From the human T2T-CHM13v2.0 reference genome, Homo sapiens: 64,000 nucleotides of DNA. The stretch lies in the NCBI RefSeq assembly GCF_009914755.1, contig NC_060926.1; one strand, written 5' to 3'. Made by a program: the position numbers and the translations under genes. The notes under the pieces were generated by a model that was not told the origin of the DNA, did not search any database, and worked only from the letters and a program-made list of their open reading frames with translations. Positions 13,451 through 26,320 of this stretch are shown here, piece after piece. Within the stretch, counting starts at the first letter, position 1, and the number at the start of each line of letters is the position of its first letter.

Positions 13451-15818
13451 GTATATCTTACTCCATTAGTGGTTTGTTATCTGGATTTAAAAAAAAATCA
13501 CAGGGATTTAGTCTTTTCCTTATTTCCTCCTATTTGAACCTAAAGGTTACCTAAAAGCTCCATGATTTTTCATAAACAAAATAAAATATTCTAACCATTC
13601 GTAGACTGACTGGGTGGAAGGCAGTGACCGTTTCTGTGTGTTTATAAATCAAATGTTCATAAACCAAGGACTACCTTTATTTTATTAGCTGTGGCTAATT
13701 TTGTGCAGTCTATGAGAATTTTTACCACTGTAAGAAATGTTTCTATCCCATGCTGGGAGGAGAGGGTAGGACCTCTAGGCACATCTTACCATAGCTCTTC
13801 CTGCCTCAAAGGCAAAAGCAGGAATGCCTTGGTTTATGTTATGCACATGCAGACATGTGTAAACTTCTAAAGTCTAAGGTACAGAAAACAGCAGTTGTGA
13901 CCCTGAGTCACCTTATTTTAGTGTTCACAAGACCAAAGTTCCCAGAAATCAAGGTGTAATTTAGGCTGACCTAATGAATACTCAAGCTTCTCTCATTTTT
14001 ACCATTTTCATTAGCCATTATGCAAATATTTTAGAAAAGGTAGAATCTAGTTTAGAATTTTTTTATGATTGCAAACTTGATGATAAAAACCTCTTTTGAG
14101 CACAGGTCATTCAAAGCAACTCTAGCAGTCTACTTGGTGGGCTGTAATTTCCAGTTGTCCTGGGCTAGAAGGACAACTGATCTCCTTTCCACCTGGCTCT
14201 TCCCAAGTGAAGACCTGTGACAGGATGTTCCTCACTTTGCACAGTTCTTCATCCTGCACTTAGGAGATATTTGATATTTCTAAATTAGACAGGCAGATGC
14301 TTTGAGATGAAGTGCCTGGTACATACTAAACACTCAACAACATTAGCTACTATTACGATTATTAAGTGAGCAGAACTTCTCCCCAGTTCGTGCTACTTGG
14401 TAAAAGAGGAAACAAGGGTAGGTTGGGCAGGGAGGGCAAGATTGATAAGTAAGAAGGCAAACATGGGAACACAGCTGGTAAAGTGGCTCCTTTTGTTTAC
14501 AGAGGGATAATTCAATGCAATGTAAGAATGAAGACTTTTATAATGCTGAGTTATGGGTTATTTTTTAAAATTTTAAACAAAAAAGAATAAATAATTTACT
14601 CTTTGATATTTGAAAAAAGTAGGTGCTAATCATTTGAGTCTCCATTTATGTCATTTATCTAAAACTCATTTTCAAATACACTTAGCCCTATTTAAAAAAG
14701 CTGCACTGATCCATTCAATTTGTGCTGGTCACTCTCATTCACTAATACCTCTGTATTTTTGTGTAATTCCAAATATCACTAGACTCAATGAACACAAATT
14801 CAGAAAGAAAATGCCCTACAAATTTCCTAAAAACACAGTTGCTCCTAAAAGTTAAGAAACGGGGATTAATAAGTTGGTTTTATGTTCATTAACTTGTTTT
14901 CATTTCACCTGGAGAGAGCCATTGCTAATTAGTAGTTAAGTTAAAATTCCAAGAGCCGAATGCCGAGCCACTTGTCTCCAAATCCTCCACTGCAGAGAAC
15001 AGGACTCCTCTTCATTTCACTAAGAAAATGTTCAAAGGCTTTTCGGATAGTCTCACCCAACTAGGGAATGGAAGACTGCTTATTTTCAAGTCTGCTTTAT
15101 TCTAGTGGTTGAGGAGTAAACAAAGAGAACAGTAAACGTCTGGGAATGTTTTCAGAGGTGACACATAACAAACAGAGAGAAAATAGGCCTTGAGGCAAGA
15201 TCTGATTTAACTACGTAAGTGAGAAAAAAAAACATGCCACAATTCCTATCATTATTCCCAAGTTCTGCCACCACAAGCTGATGGCATTCTGACGTGAAAG
15301 GTACTAGTGCCAAGAGTCAAATAAAGCTTTGGCAAAATTGAACACCACACAGAAAACAGAGTATCCAACTCTCATTGTCAGGGCATTCATGGAAAACAAG
15401 TATGAAGATCAATATGAAATCTTATTTTCCAAAGTACAAAGGCTTCTGTATACAGAATTTCCTACTATCCAAGCTATACTCTTAACCTGCTGCAAAACAC
15501 CTTGTGGAGGTACATCTTACTCTTCACTAGCATTGTTCACTGCAATGCTTTCCAACCTCTGTTTGCACCAATGTTGAGATTAAGTTTTCTCCTATGTTCC
15601 CTCTGCCCCAATATCTTGAGAATATAGATGAGAGTTTCTCAGAAGTTCTAAGATGCACAAAGATGAGAATATCTCAAAAATATTTACAGCATAAGTAACA
15701 TGGAGAAGTTCAAGCAATGGAGAACAATAGCGACATATATTCATTCTACTCTGGATTCTGTGACATGTATATAATCAGTCTTAAAAGCGCAGCTTTAAAA
15801 AAGTTTTAAAGTTATGAC

Positions 15819-15824
15819 TTTATT
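15819..15824 (-). terminator. Candidate poly(A) signal
   Basis: AATAAA on the minus strand, TGTA about 35 nt upstream and T-rich sequence downstream, ending a repeat-free AT-rich 1.2-kb block. Confidence 0.3.
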
Positions 15825-16912
15825 CTAAAATGCCACCAAACCATAATAAAGACAGTGTACAATATATTACTTAGGGAAGAAACTGATACCTGTTATTGCT
15901 TTGCTAGAATTTGGGCTTAAAAAAAAATAAAGTTGATAAAAGGATGGGTCAATTCAGTGGTGATTTGCCTCAAGGATAACTCCTCCCACTTCCTATACAA
16001 AATAAGCAATTACATTAAAAAAATACAGTCAGAATTTTATGGAATCACATCAGTTTTTAATGTATGAATCAGAGAACATAACAATCACTATAAATGTAGC
16101 ATGGTTATGTATTTTAAGTCTCTAGTCCTATTTTCCTTAGTGTAGGCATAAAAGTTCTTAAAGGCTTAGAATTTACTCTTAAAATACTATAAAATATTAC
16201 TATTTTTATGACAAAAGCAATTTATGAATTTATGGAAAAGGAAATATTTATAAAATATGTTAGTAAAAGCACTGTTTATGTTTGTATAGCAACATTTAAA
16301 AGTATTCAAAGGTCATTCATTGCTAAAAATATTTAAAGCAAAATAAAAGGGAAGTTAAAAACAGCTTCACTTAAACTTGCAGTTTCTAAAACTTATCAGG
16401 ACCCAAGAGCCTGGAAGTATCAAAGATTAAGTGGAAATCCATATTCAAAAGAGTTCTGTGGAATTCTTATAAAGAGAAGAGCAGGCAAAGGTCATCGGAG
16501 GACATTATTTTAGCTGAAATTCTGAGTATCATTCAAACAGGGGAGCCAATGCTTGGTATTAACAAAGTGCTGTTTTCTACTGCTGAGCTCAGATGACAGC
16601 CCACCCTCTATTTGCCAAAATTAGTGGATGAGAAATCATTTCATGAACTCATCCAAAAACATGAAGTGCACTAATAAAGCTTTACTGCCATCCCTCAGTC
16701 ATCACTTTGCTTGGCTAGGCTGGTGGCCAGCAGGAATATCTCCCTCTACAAAACTGTTTCAAAGTAATGACTTGGAGGAAGTGGTGTGCTGATACCATGA
16801 AAAAAAATTCCCTCAAACACAAAGATAGTTCAAAAAGCATCTGTATATGGCTCAGAGGAAACAAACAGCTCAGCTCATTTCAACTCAAAAGAAACCCAAG
16901 AGACCAGTTTAC

Positions 16913-17005
16913 CTTGGCCATGGTTACACACATGCAGGCAAACTTAAGGTTGGCATTTATCCAGGGATTTTGATCCGTGCCAAAAGGGATGATGAGTTAT
17001 CCATC
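16913..17005 (-). other. Candidate exon C (93 nt; alternative acceptor at 17035)
   Basis: Acceptor ttttctttattccatcttgacctcag| and donor AAG|GTAAAC; ends ACCATGGCCAAG; stops in all three frames. Confidence 0.4.
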
Positions 17006-18239
17006 CTGAGGTCAAGATGGAATAAAGAAAATACACTGAAAGAGAATCATGTGTCTATAAGAGGATTTCACACCTTCCTCTTCACGAGACAGGGAGGCCT
17101 CGACCCCTGCTGGAATGGCAAGTCTGGCGTCCCTTCCTGAAGCCACTACTAGATCAGAAGTCCACTCTGAGCCTCCATCACATGGTTTCTCCCCTGCTGA
17201 GGCCTTTCCAGTCTTCCTTCCACAGTGTGGTCCTTAAGGAGCTAAGGAGGGAAGAGGATACCTAAAGCACTTGTTTGTCAAGCTTGGGCTGAAATACATC
17301 TAGAATCTTTAAGATGACCAACATTGAATTTTCCATTTTTGAGCGTTTAAAAATATTCTTCAAATTAAGGGAATACATAAGCAATAAAGACCATGTTTTA
17401 CTGGGTTTTGAAAATTATTTAGAGTTTTCTGTAAAAGCAGTTACTTTTCTGAGAGAACAGGTGGCAACTGCTACCAAAATTTCAAAAAGATCCTTATTTT
17501 TATTTTCAAATAACTTTTATTTGACAAGAACTTTGTCAGTAATGGTCTTTAAATTCTTTTCAATCCTGGCTTTGTATTGCTATTTTGAGGTGTTTCTTGC
17601 TAACTGGATTAAGGAAGCCCAAAGAGCCCTCTGGTTTTGGTCATCAAGGAAATTTGTCTCACAACTGATGATTTATTTGATTTTTTTTTCATTTTTTTTA
17701 ATAGGAAGACAGGAAACAGTGATAAACCTTTAATATCTGAAACTTGTGTCATTGACCTTCAACTACATAGTGAGGTTTTCAGTTCAGAACATTTAGGGCC
17801 CATGTTACATGTGGGGATAATTAAAATGTTTTAAGTGATGCTTTCTATTCTTCAAGTGTTGGCCATAATATTCAAGCTGGGTACAAGCAGCAGAGATTTT
17901 TGTCTGAGCTCAGTCCAAGCTCTGCAGTTTCTGCTGTTTGTCTTTCTAGGTGGCACCAGTCAGTCATCCTCTGCAGCTCATGAAACCCAGCATAACCTTT
18001 TGGGCTGCTCTGGAAAAACACATTGAGCAATAAGGGTTAGAATACTTTGTGTTCAATGTTTCCAGTGCTACTCTCTGGCCAGGAGAAATACCAAATCATA
18101 GGCATCTGGAAAAGAGAGACAGCCCAGAAAGAATGATGATGTTACAAAGCCTGTGAGCACAGACCCCTCGTACATGTTCATCTACCTGCTGTCTGCTTAA
18201 TACTGAGCTATAGGCATCGGAGCAAATGGTAATTTCTAT

Positions 18240-18415
18240 CAGTCATGACTCAAGTGCTGGTGTGGTCTTCAAGTAGCAATGGATTGACTTCCAGGGAGTG
18301 AAATGTCATTGTTCTGATCACCTTGTGGACACAGGGAGTGGTGAAAAGTTGAGTCCATGGCAGCATCAGAGCAAGAAGGAAGTGCGGTTGGTTGGAACGC
18401 GCACCCTGTGGTGGT
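18240..18415. promoter_or_regulatory. Candidate AP-1/ETS/RUNX enhancer
   Basis: TGACTCA 18246, TGTGGT 18261 and 18407, GAAGGAAGTGCGGTT 18375. Confidence 0.3.
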
Positions 18416-19259
18416 GATGTTCTCCATTAGCATTTCCCAAAGGTCTCACCCAGCCATAGTAAATTATTAGGAGGCCCTCAGCATCTCTCTGTGTAGTTTA
18501 AATATCGTATTGTATTTTCTTGGCCAGTCCATGAATGGAAAGAAGTGAATAAAGATATCAGAAAGTAGACAAACTGCAATGTGACCTGATGCAGAGGTGG
18601 AAAGGGTGTGGTCTGGAAAGGCAGAGGTTCAATAAAGGCCTTTGAGGTTTCCTTTCATTTCCACAGTTCTTAGTCACACAATTTCCTTTGTGGATTTTAA
18701 CGGTAACTAATAAGGCTTTGAAAAGGAATCGAATTGGTATGCTAGGTGGGAAATGACAAAGGTCATCTTGCCACTTCAGCAGGGTTATTTTAACCTTTCT
18801 TTTATACTCTTCAAGTCCTCTTTCCAGAATAATTGAAAATCCCATAACTAAAAGACCTTCCTTTGTGCCCACATTCCCCTTCTGAGATCAACTAGAGCTG
18901 GGCTCACCCCAACCATGGTCAACTGGACCAGGCCAGCCAGGCCTCAGGCTGGAGAGCAGGCTGTGAGCTGGTCTGTCCTGAAAAGCTCGGCACAGACAAG
19001 GAAAAGGTAATGCACGAGGCAACTCATGTCCTTCCTTGTCTCAGAAGTATGAACTGAGGATCAAGGAGGGGCAGGCAGTTAGCACTAGGGAAACAAGAGC
19101 AGGCAAAAATGGACAGCTGAGCCAGTCAATCAGTGGACTTAAGAGAGGAGGGGAGATCTGCCATCTCCTGGGACTGAGGGTGCACTGTGGCTTTTCAGGT
19201 ACCTGAACCACATCCTAGTCCCAATAATTCTAATAATATTAATACTAACAGTAATAACA

Positions 19260-19480
19260 ACAGTAACAATGAGCATGTACTGAGCTCTGATTATGTGCTA
19301 AGGAGTGTTCTAGGTGCTTTTATAAGTATTATCAACTCATTCAATTCTCACAACCCTGTAAGATACATCTGGGTGCTGCTGATGCTGATGAACAGACAAG
19401 TTAAGTTATTTGACCAAGGCCACAGAGCTTATAAGTGGCAGAGACATAATTTAAGCTCAAGTGGTCTGGCTTCATGCCTC
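19260..19480 (-). mobile_element. MIR
   Basis: tactgagctctgattatgtgc...ctcattcaattctcacaaccctgtaag...caaggccacagagct...gtggcagag. Confidence 0.75.
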
Positions 19481-19654
19481 TGCTCAGTCTGTGCCTCCCT
19501 GTGGGGCTAGTCCTGAGTCTCCTGTCTCCTTTATTGCCCATCTTTACAATAAAGCCCCTCCTATTAAAGAGGCCCTACAGAGGGTCTTTTACTCTTCTAT
19601 TGTCTCACAATTAGCATTTTCCTTGGCTCCACTCATTATGAATCTTATTAACTG

Positions 19655-19922
19655 ACACATACACACACACACACGCACACAGAGTTTTTGAGAAAGGGTC
19701 TCACTGTGACACACAGGCTGGCAGACAGTGGTGGAATCACTGCAACCTCAACCTCCTGGACTCAAGTGATCCTCCTACCTCAGCCTCCTGAGTAGCTGGG
19801 ACCACAGACGCATGCCACCATGCCCAGCTGTTTCTTTTTTTTAGATACGGGGTCACACTATGTTGCCCAGGCTGGTCTCAAACTCTTGGGCTCAAGCAAT
19901 CCTCCCACCTCAGCCTCCAAAG
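19655..19922 (-). mobile_element. AluJ with a (CA)n tract at the tail side
   Basis: Diverged dimer with internal deletions. Confidence 0.85.
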
Positions 19923-20065
19923 CATGAATGTAGTTTTGAATCCAGTTTTTGTTATCCTTTCATGCCACTAAATATTCTTTGAAAGCATGACTTTTAATGA
20001 CTGCATTATATTCATTTATTTAACATTTACTTAATCACTTATTTATTTAACACTTAACATTAAGT

Positions 20066-20152
20066 GATCACTTGAGTCCAGGAGGACGACGTTGCAGTGA
20101 TTGTACCATTGCACGCCAGCCTGTGTGTCACAGTGAGACCCTTTCTCAAAAA
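20066..20152 (+). mobile_element. Alu right-arm fragment within a degenerate antisense L1M
   Basis: gatcacttgagtccaggagg...gtgagaccctttctcaaaaa. Confidence 0.75.
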
Positions 20153-20370
20153 TAGTCATCTAGCTATCTCTTACTTTGCTTTTATAATTGTGCTAATGTC
20201 AATATCTTTATACACAAATCCTTGTGCACAGGTAGGATTATGCTATAGAATAAATTATAGAAACAGAAGTATTGGATCAAAGAGTTTGAACAATTTAAGT
20301 TCACTTGATACACAGTGCAGATGGCCTTCGGGGAAGGCCTAGACCCCCTTTGGCTACATAAAAGCTCCAG

Positions 20371-20681
<311 letters not shown>

Positions 20682-21319
20682 TCACCATACCCTTGACAAC
20701 AATGAATGCTGCAGGTTTAGAAAACCTTTATCTTAATTTGATTTCTTGAATGGGTCAGAATAATGCATACATTTAAACTCTATGCTCCTTAATAAAATGT
20801 CAAAGGGCCATTTGCGTGTTTATTAAGAGCAAAAGCCTATAACCTACAGTCTCCAATGTTGAGACCACTGACGCCTTAAAATGCTTTAGAATTTCAGAAA
20901 TGGAAATCAGAGATCACTGAGTAAACAGCTTCAGTGAATATCTAAGGTAACCAAAACTCAGAGAAGTTAAATGACCTGGGTAATATACTTGACTTGCAAC
21001 TAGAATCTAGGTGTCTTGCCCTGTGATTCATTTCTTTAGAACAGATTCCTTCATTAACCTAATGGAAGCAACAAGCCATTGTTACCGGGGTGAAAGTATA
21101 AGGAAAAAAACTGCACAAGAATATATTTGAAAAAGAAACTACAGTTGTTCTAAACTCTATTTTATCTTCATAGTACCAAGTTAGAAAAAGTTATTTTATA
21201 GACAAAAGTAAAAATTCACACCTAGTTACTACTTTATTTTCAAGATCTCTGCTAAAATCTACAAATAATTTTTTTCCTAGGACCATTAAAATATTCAGCA
21301 CATACCCATTATCCTCTCA

Positions 21320-22180
21320 TCCAGCCAACATTTACTAGGTCTATACTATGGCCAGACCCTGTGCTAGGTGCTGTAGTAAAAGGGGGCAGAGTACCAAGGT
21401 AAGAAAAGAGGGATTCATTTTAGGGACATGTGAGCAAATCATCACAGTGAGTGTGACTGGGCAGTAACGGGGTGCACATGATGCCGTGGGGGTGCCGGAG
21501 CAATGAACATGGAAGGCTTCACAGAGGCACGTGAGCTGTGCCTGTGCTTGAAAGCAGGGGAAGAAGTGGATTAAGATAAAATAAGAAGAATAAGGAGTGG
21601 AGGGGCAGGGCCCACTGGAGAAGGCTGCTGTCACATGTGGCTAAACACAGCAGCCTGGGAAAATTAGTGCTGGTGGGAGATGAGGCTGGAAAGGTGGTCT
21701 GGGATCAGGCAGTGTTCAGGAGTTTGGACTTCGCCTGGAGGTGTTAGGACTCATGTAAGCTGTTTAAGCAGCGATGCCATGGTCAAAGTGGCGCATTACC
21801 AAGCTCATTCTAATGGCAGTACGGGGAAGGACTGGAGACTCTGAAGGCAGGAGCTTTATCTGTGTTGGTACAGACAACCAGGTTGCAGGCTTAAATTAGA
21901 GAGAGGCAGAATAAATATGAAAGAGGAGATGAGTTTGAGTAATATATATTAGAAAGAAATAATAAGACATAGAGACTAATTAGATGTGTGGGTGTCATTA
22001 ATGAGACAGGCAATGAAGGAGGAAGGCCAGGTTTTGGATGAAAGGGATTTGTACACATTGAGCTTGAGATCGAGTGAGGTATCAGAAAGTGAATGAAATA
22101 TCCAGAAAGCGAATGAAAATACAACTCTGGAGATCAGGAGAGGTATAAGCAGAGTCATAGATCTGAATAATTAGTATACA
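21320..22180 (-). mobile_element. L2 fragment(s)
   Basis: acatttactaggtctatactatggccagaccctgtgctaggtgctg ... ggagatgaggctggaaagg ... ggagtttggact. Confidence 0.6.
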
Positions 22181-22268
22181 GCTACAACTCTCCTACCAAT
22201 CTCCCCCTCCCCTCCACCCCCATCGCCCACACACTTGGATACTTCCTCTTGTCTGTATATAGGTAGAA

Positions 22269-22566
22269 CAGCACTGTCCACTAAAAATACAATGCAAGCC
22301 CCATGCATATTTTGCAATTTTCTAATAGCCACATTAAAAAAGTGATGTGGAAAACAGGTGACATTAATTTTAAGAATATATTTTATTTAACCTAATGTAT
22401 TTACAATATCATTTCAACATTAATATAAAAATTACTAACGAGATATTTTATATTGTCCTTTCATACTAAGTATTTAAAATCCAATGTGAATTTTCCACTC
22501 ATGACCCAGGCCATCTCAATTTGGACTAGCCACATTTCAAATGGCCCCTGCTTTGGACTGTGCAGG
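22269..22566 (+). mobile_element. MER33 hAT-Charlie
   Basis: cagcactgtccac...tagccacattaaaaaa...catctcaatttggactagccacatttcaa. Confidence 0.8.
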
Positions 22567-22921
22567 ACTACACAGTAGCCTACCAGGGTGATTAGGCACC
22601 AACATGAACTTTTTTAACCCTTGAAATTTGTGGAATTAAATTAAATGGAATTTAATTTTACTGATGAGAGAACAATGAGGAAGCCCGCTGGGCCCTCCAA
22701 ATCACTGCCCACCCCACCCTCCCTTCTCAGAGGGAGTGCAAAGGGGCAGTGTTACATGCTGTTGGAAGTTTAGGAGACATGAAGCATAGAAAATCATTTC
22801 CTCTAAATGTTGCCTTTTAGGTTATTAAATACCCTGACAGCAACCTGACTGAATTTAGAGCCATGAATTTGTTATCTCTTAATGTGGATATATATCTGGT
22901 CTCCTGATAAATTTCCTAAGG

Positions 22922-23228
22922 CTGTTGTTCCTAAACTTCAAATATTTGCAAACTAACTTCATAATTTTGTCATGCCTGCATACCACCAAAACTATATGAT
23001 TTGTTTAATATTTTTATTTAACTCAACTAACCTAAAAAAATCTAAAGACATATTTAGTGTCATCCTAAGTAACTATATCCATGAAATCATGAATTTCATA
23101 TGTTGTTGTACATTTTTTCTACTACACATTAAAACAAATACATATTTAAATAAAGAACGTTTATCCATGTCTCCTAAAATCACCTCACAAACCACCTGTG
23201 GTATGATTATCAAACTTTGAAAACACTG
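22922..23228 (+). mobile_element. MER113A-like hAT-Charlie
   Basis: catcctaagtaactatatccatgaaatcatg...cctaaaatcacctc...caaactttgaaaacactg terminus. Confidence 0.55.
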
Positions 23229-23315
23229 TTCTTGGGGAAGGGAAAGGAAAGTAACACTATAGGATCCCCTCTCTATGCCGCCAGTGCTCCGTGGGGTGCG
23301 CCTATCCTAACTCAC

Positions 23316-23442
23316 CGAATCCCCACTCTCCTATGAGCAGGCTGATGGTCACTGCTACCCACTGGTTGTCTTTCAGGCTTGCATTTATTCTGGCTGATTA
23401 GCACTTGTGTCTGCCCCGCGGTCAGAAATTTTATATGGCAAC
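23316..23442 (-). other. Candidate exon B (127 nt)
   Basis: Acceptor tttccttatagttaatacag| and donor TCG|GTGAGT; one frame open throughout. Confidence 0.35.
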
Positions 23443-23744
23443 CTGTATTAACTATAAGGAAATTCTTAACAATTTTTATTTTTGTTTTTAATTTTTGTGG
23501 GTACACAGTCTTTGTTTTGATTTTCCAGAGGTTACAGAGCTGCCAAGTCTGGGATTTGAGCTTTTACCTATAAACATCACAAGGCAGAGGCAACTACAAC
23601 ACCTACCATAATGCCCTCCTAAGAGGTGTTCTATTTGTTGTTGTTAACAAAATGATTTTCAATTATGAATTATCTTAAAGCCCAAAGATTTTAAGAAATA
23701 AGAGTTGGTAAATTTCAATGATGGGGATGCGTAGTACCAAAATG

Positions 23745-23886
23745 GTTTAAAACAAATGTGTTATATATTAACATAAGTGCTTCTTAGTGTATTAAATAAC
23801 AAGATCTAGTGGCTAGTCTAATAATTACTATAATTTCAAATGGTAATACATATAAACAATATTAAAAGATATCTGAAATTGTAGTG
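23745..23886 (-). mobile_element. hAT-Charlie (Charlie4a/MER80-like), downstream half
   Basis: Reverse complement reads ...gtaattattagactagccactagatcttgttatttaat..., matching the remembered consensus. Confidence 0.6.
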
Positions 23887-24290
23887 TGTATTAGTTAGTC
23901 TATTGTTGTGTAATAAATTAGCCCAGAACTAAGTAGCTGAAACCAATAAACATTTACTTTATCACAGTTTCTGTGGGTCAGAGATTTGGGCACAGCTTGG
24001 CTGGGTACCTCTGGCTCAAAGTCTATCACAAGACTGCACTCAAGGTGTCAGCTGGGGCTGTGTTCCCATCTGAAAGTTTGGGGGAGAAACTGCTTCCAAG
24101 TTCACTCACATGTTGTTGGCAGGATTCATTTCCTGACTGGCTGTTGGTTACAGGTCTCCCTCAGTTCTCTGCACATGCATCTCTCTATAAGGCAGCTCTT
24201 AACACGGTAGCTGGCTTCCCTGAGAGTGAGCAAGAGAGTGAGAGAAAGCTCCTAAGAAAGAAGCCACCGTCTTTTTATACCCAAATCTCA
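23887..24290 (-). mobile_element. MLT1F-like LTR, 3' three quarters
   Basis: tgtattagttagtctattg...cacagtttctgtgggtcag...aaggtgtcagctggggctg...gtctttttata. Confidence 0.8.
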
Positions 24291-24448
24291 GTCTATGAAC
24301 TAGATGGGAAAAATAGTACCTCTTTTTCACTAACCTCTAGCTGAAATTTTGCATTTCTTTGATTATGAATGTAGCCAACAAACTGCAGTAGCATTAACAG
24401 CACTGTGACACCATCACCAATAGAGCTCATAGATATTTTATTTCATTT
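24291..24448 (+). mobile_element. hAT-Charlie (Charlie4a/MER80-like), upstream half in opposite orientation
   Basis: atgaactagatgggaaaaa...ttttcactaacctctagctgaaat...attatgaatgtag...tcaccaataga. Confidence 0.6.
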
Positions 24449-24575
24449 TGTGGCAGGCAGCTTATAAGATGGTCCCCAGTGATCTCCACCTGCTGAAATT
24501 CATGCCTTGGCATAAGTCCCTCCTCCTGAATATGCACTGGATTTAATAATTCACTTTTGGTGAATGAAATGTGTT
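24449..24575 (+). mobile_element. MLT1F-like LTR 5' end in opposite orientation
   Basis: tgtggcaggcagcttataagatggtccccagtgatctccacct is the MLT1F-type 5' terminus. Confidence 0.75.
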
Positions 24576-26164
24576 AAATATTAACACAGAAAAAACCCCT
24601 GTGTTAAAGGATGCAGTCTATCTTGCACCATCTGAAAAATCAGTCTGGTGCTTTGTGGATGGGCACAGGGATTCCTCACATACCCCTGGAATCCACCATC
24701 TGTGGGCATTTACTGTGTTTGTGAAAGATTCTTAAAAAAAGAAAAAAAAAACATGTGGTACTGCTAGTGCAGCTCAGAAATAGATCAACTTTGAAAACTT
24801 CCCTCACAGCTGCAAAAGGCAAGTGTTTGGCACTAATAAATCAGAATTAGTGGAGCTCAACTAATAATGAACCTTTCATCTCCTCTGGGCAGGTGGTCAC
24901 CAACTGAACTATGGGAGCAAACAAGCCATGGTTAGATGTAATAACCACATTTCTAATGACAGGTAGGACTAGAGCAGAAAGTGAGTGGAGGAGAAGTCTT
25001 CCCGCAAAATTCAAATCTTCTTAAACTTGGGGCCCTCTGAAAACATTAATCAAAGTTGTGTTTCTAGGGGCTGGGCTGACCTCTGCTTATTACCTTTCCA
25101 GTCATAACCACTGCAGGTATTTTTCTTCTCGCTAGTGAAAAACAGCCTGGGATGCTATCGACAGGCCCCTATCAGAGAACCAGTGAACTAGGGACACAAT
25201 TATAGGTTTCAATTTTCCCCTCCTAGACGCCAATCCAAATTTGTCATCACCTGTTCAGAGAAATGCCTTCCATGTTTCATCTCACTTGGGTGGAAATTGG
25301 GTGATATTCAAAATATTTAACAACCAATGAGGCACAGGCACTAACCAATTAGGACAACATAAGATGCTGGAGCAGGGTCCAGGGGCACCCTGTGCTGTGC
25401 TGGCATTCATCCTTTAGTTGTTGAATTATGGGAGAAGTCTTAGGGGTTCTGGGGGTGTGCTCAGGGGGCTGAGGGTGATGACAATTCGCCAACTGGTTTT
25501 TAGGCATCTCATTATTTTAATACCCAGGATGTCTGCACCAGTGCACACAAGATTGAATATTCACTGTGGAGGGGGGTTGGGGCTGCTGCTCCCAAGGGCC
25601 CCCATGGAAGGCTACTGGTGTGGAAGCTGACCCCATCGCCCTACAGCGTTCTGACAACTGGCACTATGGGGACAGAGCCCTGTCCATTTTTCTGAGCCCT
25701 GAGCTCAGGCCAGAGCCTTAAGGTCCTGGACCACTTCCAAGGCTTGCAGAACCCCTCACTCAGGTCTCCTTGGGGCGGCTGGCTGGCAGTCTCCCAGTTA
25801 CCAGGCACTTTCTGGGAGCAGCCAGGGACAGCTGCTGCCGGCTGGCATCAATGGGCTTCTGTGCAACTGAGGGTTGAGTGGAAGTTTCCTTGTGGGTTTG
25901 ATGGAGGGCATGTTCTCAGTCCACAGGTGTCATACCACCCGAGTAGCCTCACCACTGTACAGGATACAGGCCTAAGAAAAGACTTGGCTCATGAATCCCC
26001 TCACTTCGAGGATTGGTTTAGCAACTTCCTCAGCTTTCTGAATGAGGTCTCAGGTTTTAGGCTTATCACAAAGGAGATCATTCTGCATGACCTCTTGGTC
26101 TGCATTATTTCACTGAAATGCCCGGGTTTGTTTTACTTTACTCCATGCTTCTGGAAAGCAGGCT

Positions 26165-26320
26165 GGGGGGCTCTGGATGCACATAGACCTGGGTCTGAAT
26201 TCCAGCTCTGTGGAATGCATCACCACTTCACTTCACCTCTCTGAGGCAATTTCCACCTCTGTCAATGGGGCTCATGGGAGTGCCTGCCTCATAGGCTGGT
26301 GGAGGGTCCAATGAGATAAT
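26165..26320 (+). mobile_element. MIR
   Basis: agacctgggtctgaattccagctctg...acctctctgagg...ctgtcaatggg...aatgagataat. Confidence 0.7.

Noticed and set aside
17314-17733. 139-aa plus-strand ORF
   Set aside because: Phe/Leu/Ile-rich product of T-rich DNA; no recognisable domain or exon support.
25744-26244. 166-aa plus-strand ORF
   Set aside because: TTG start, runs into a MIR, no recognisable homology.
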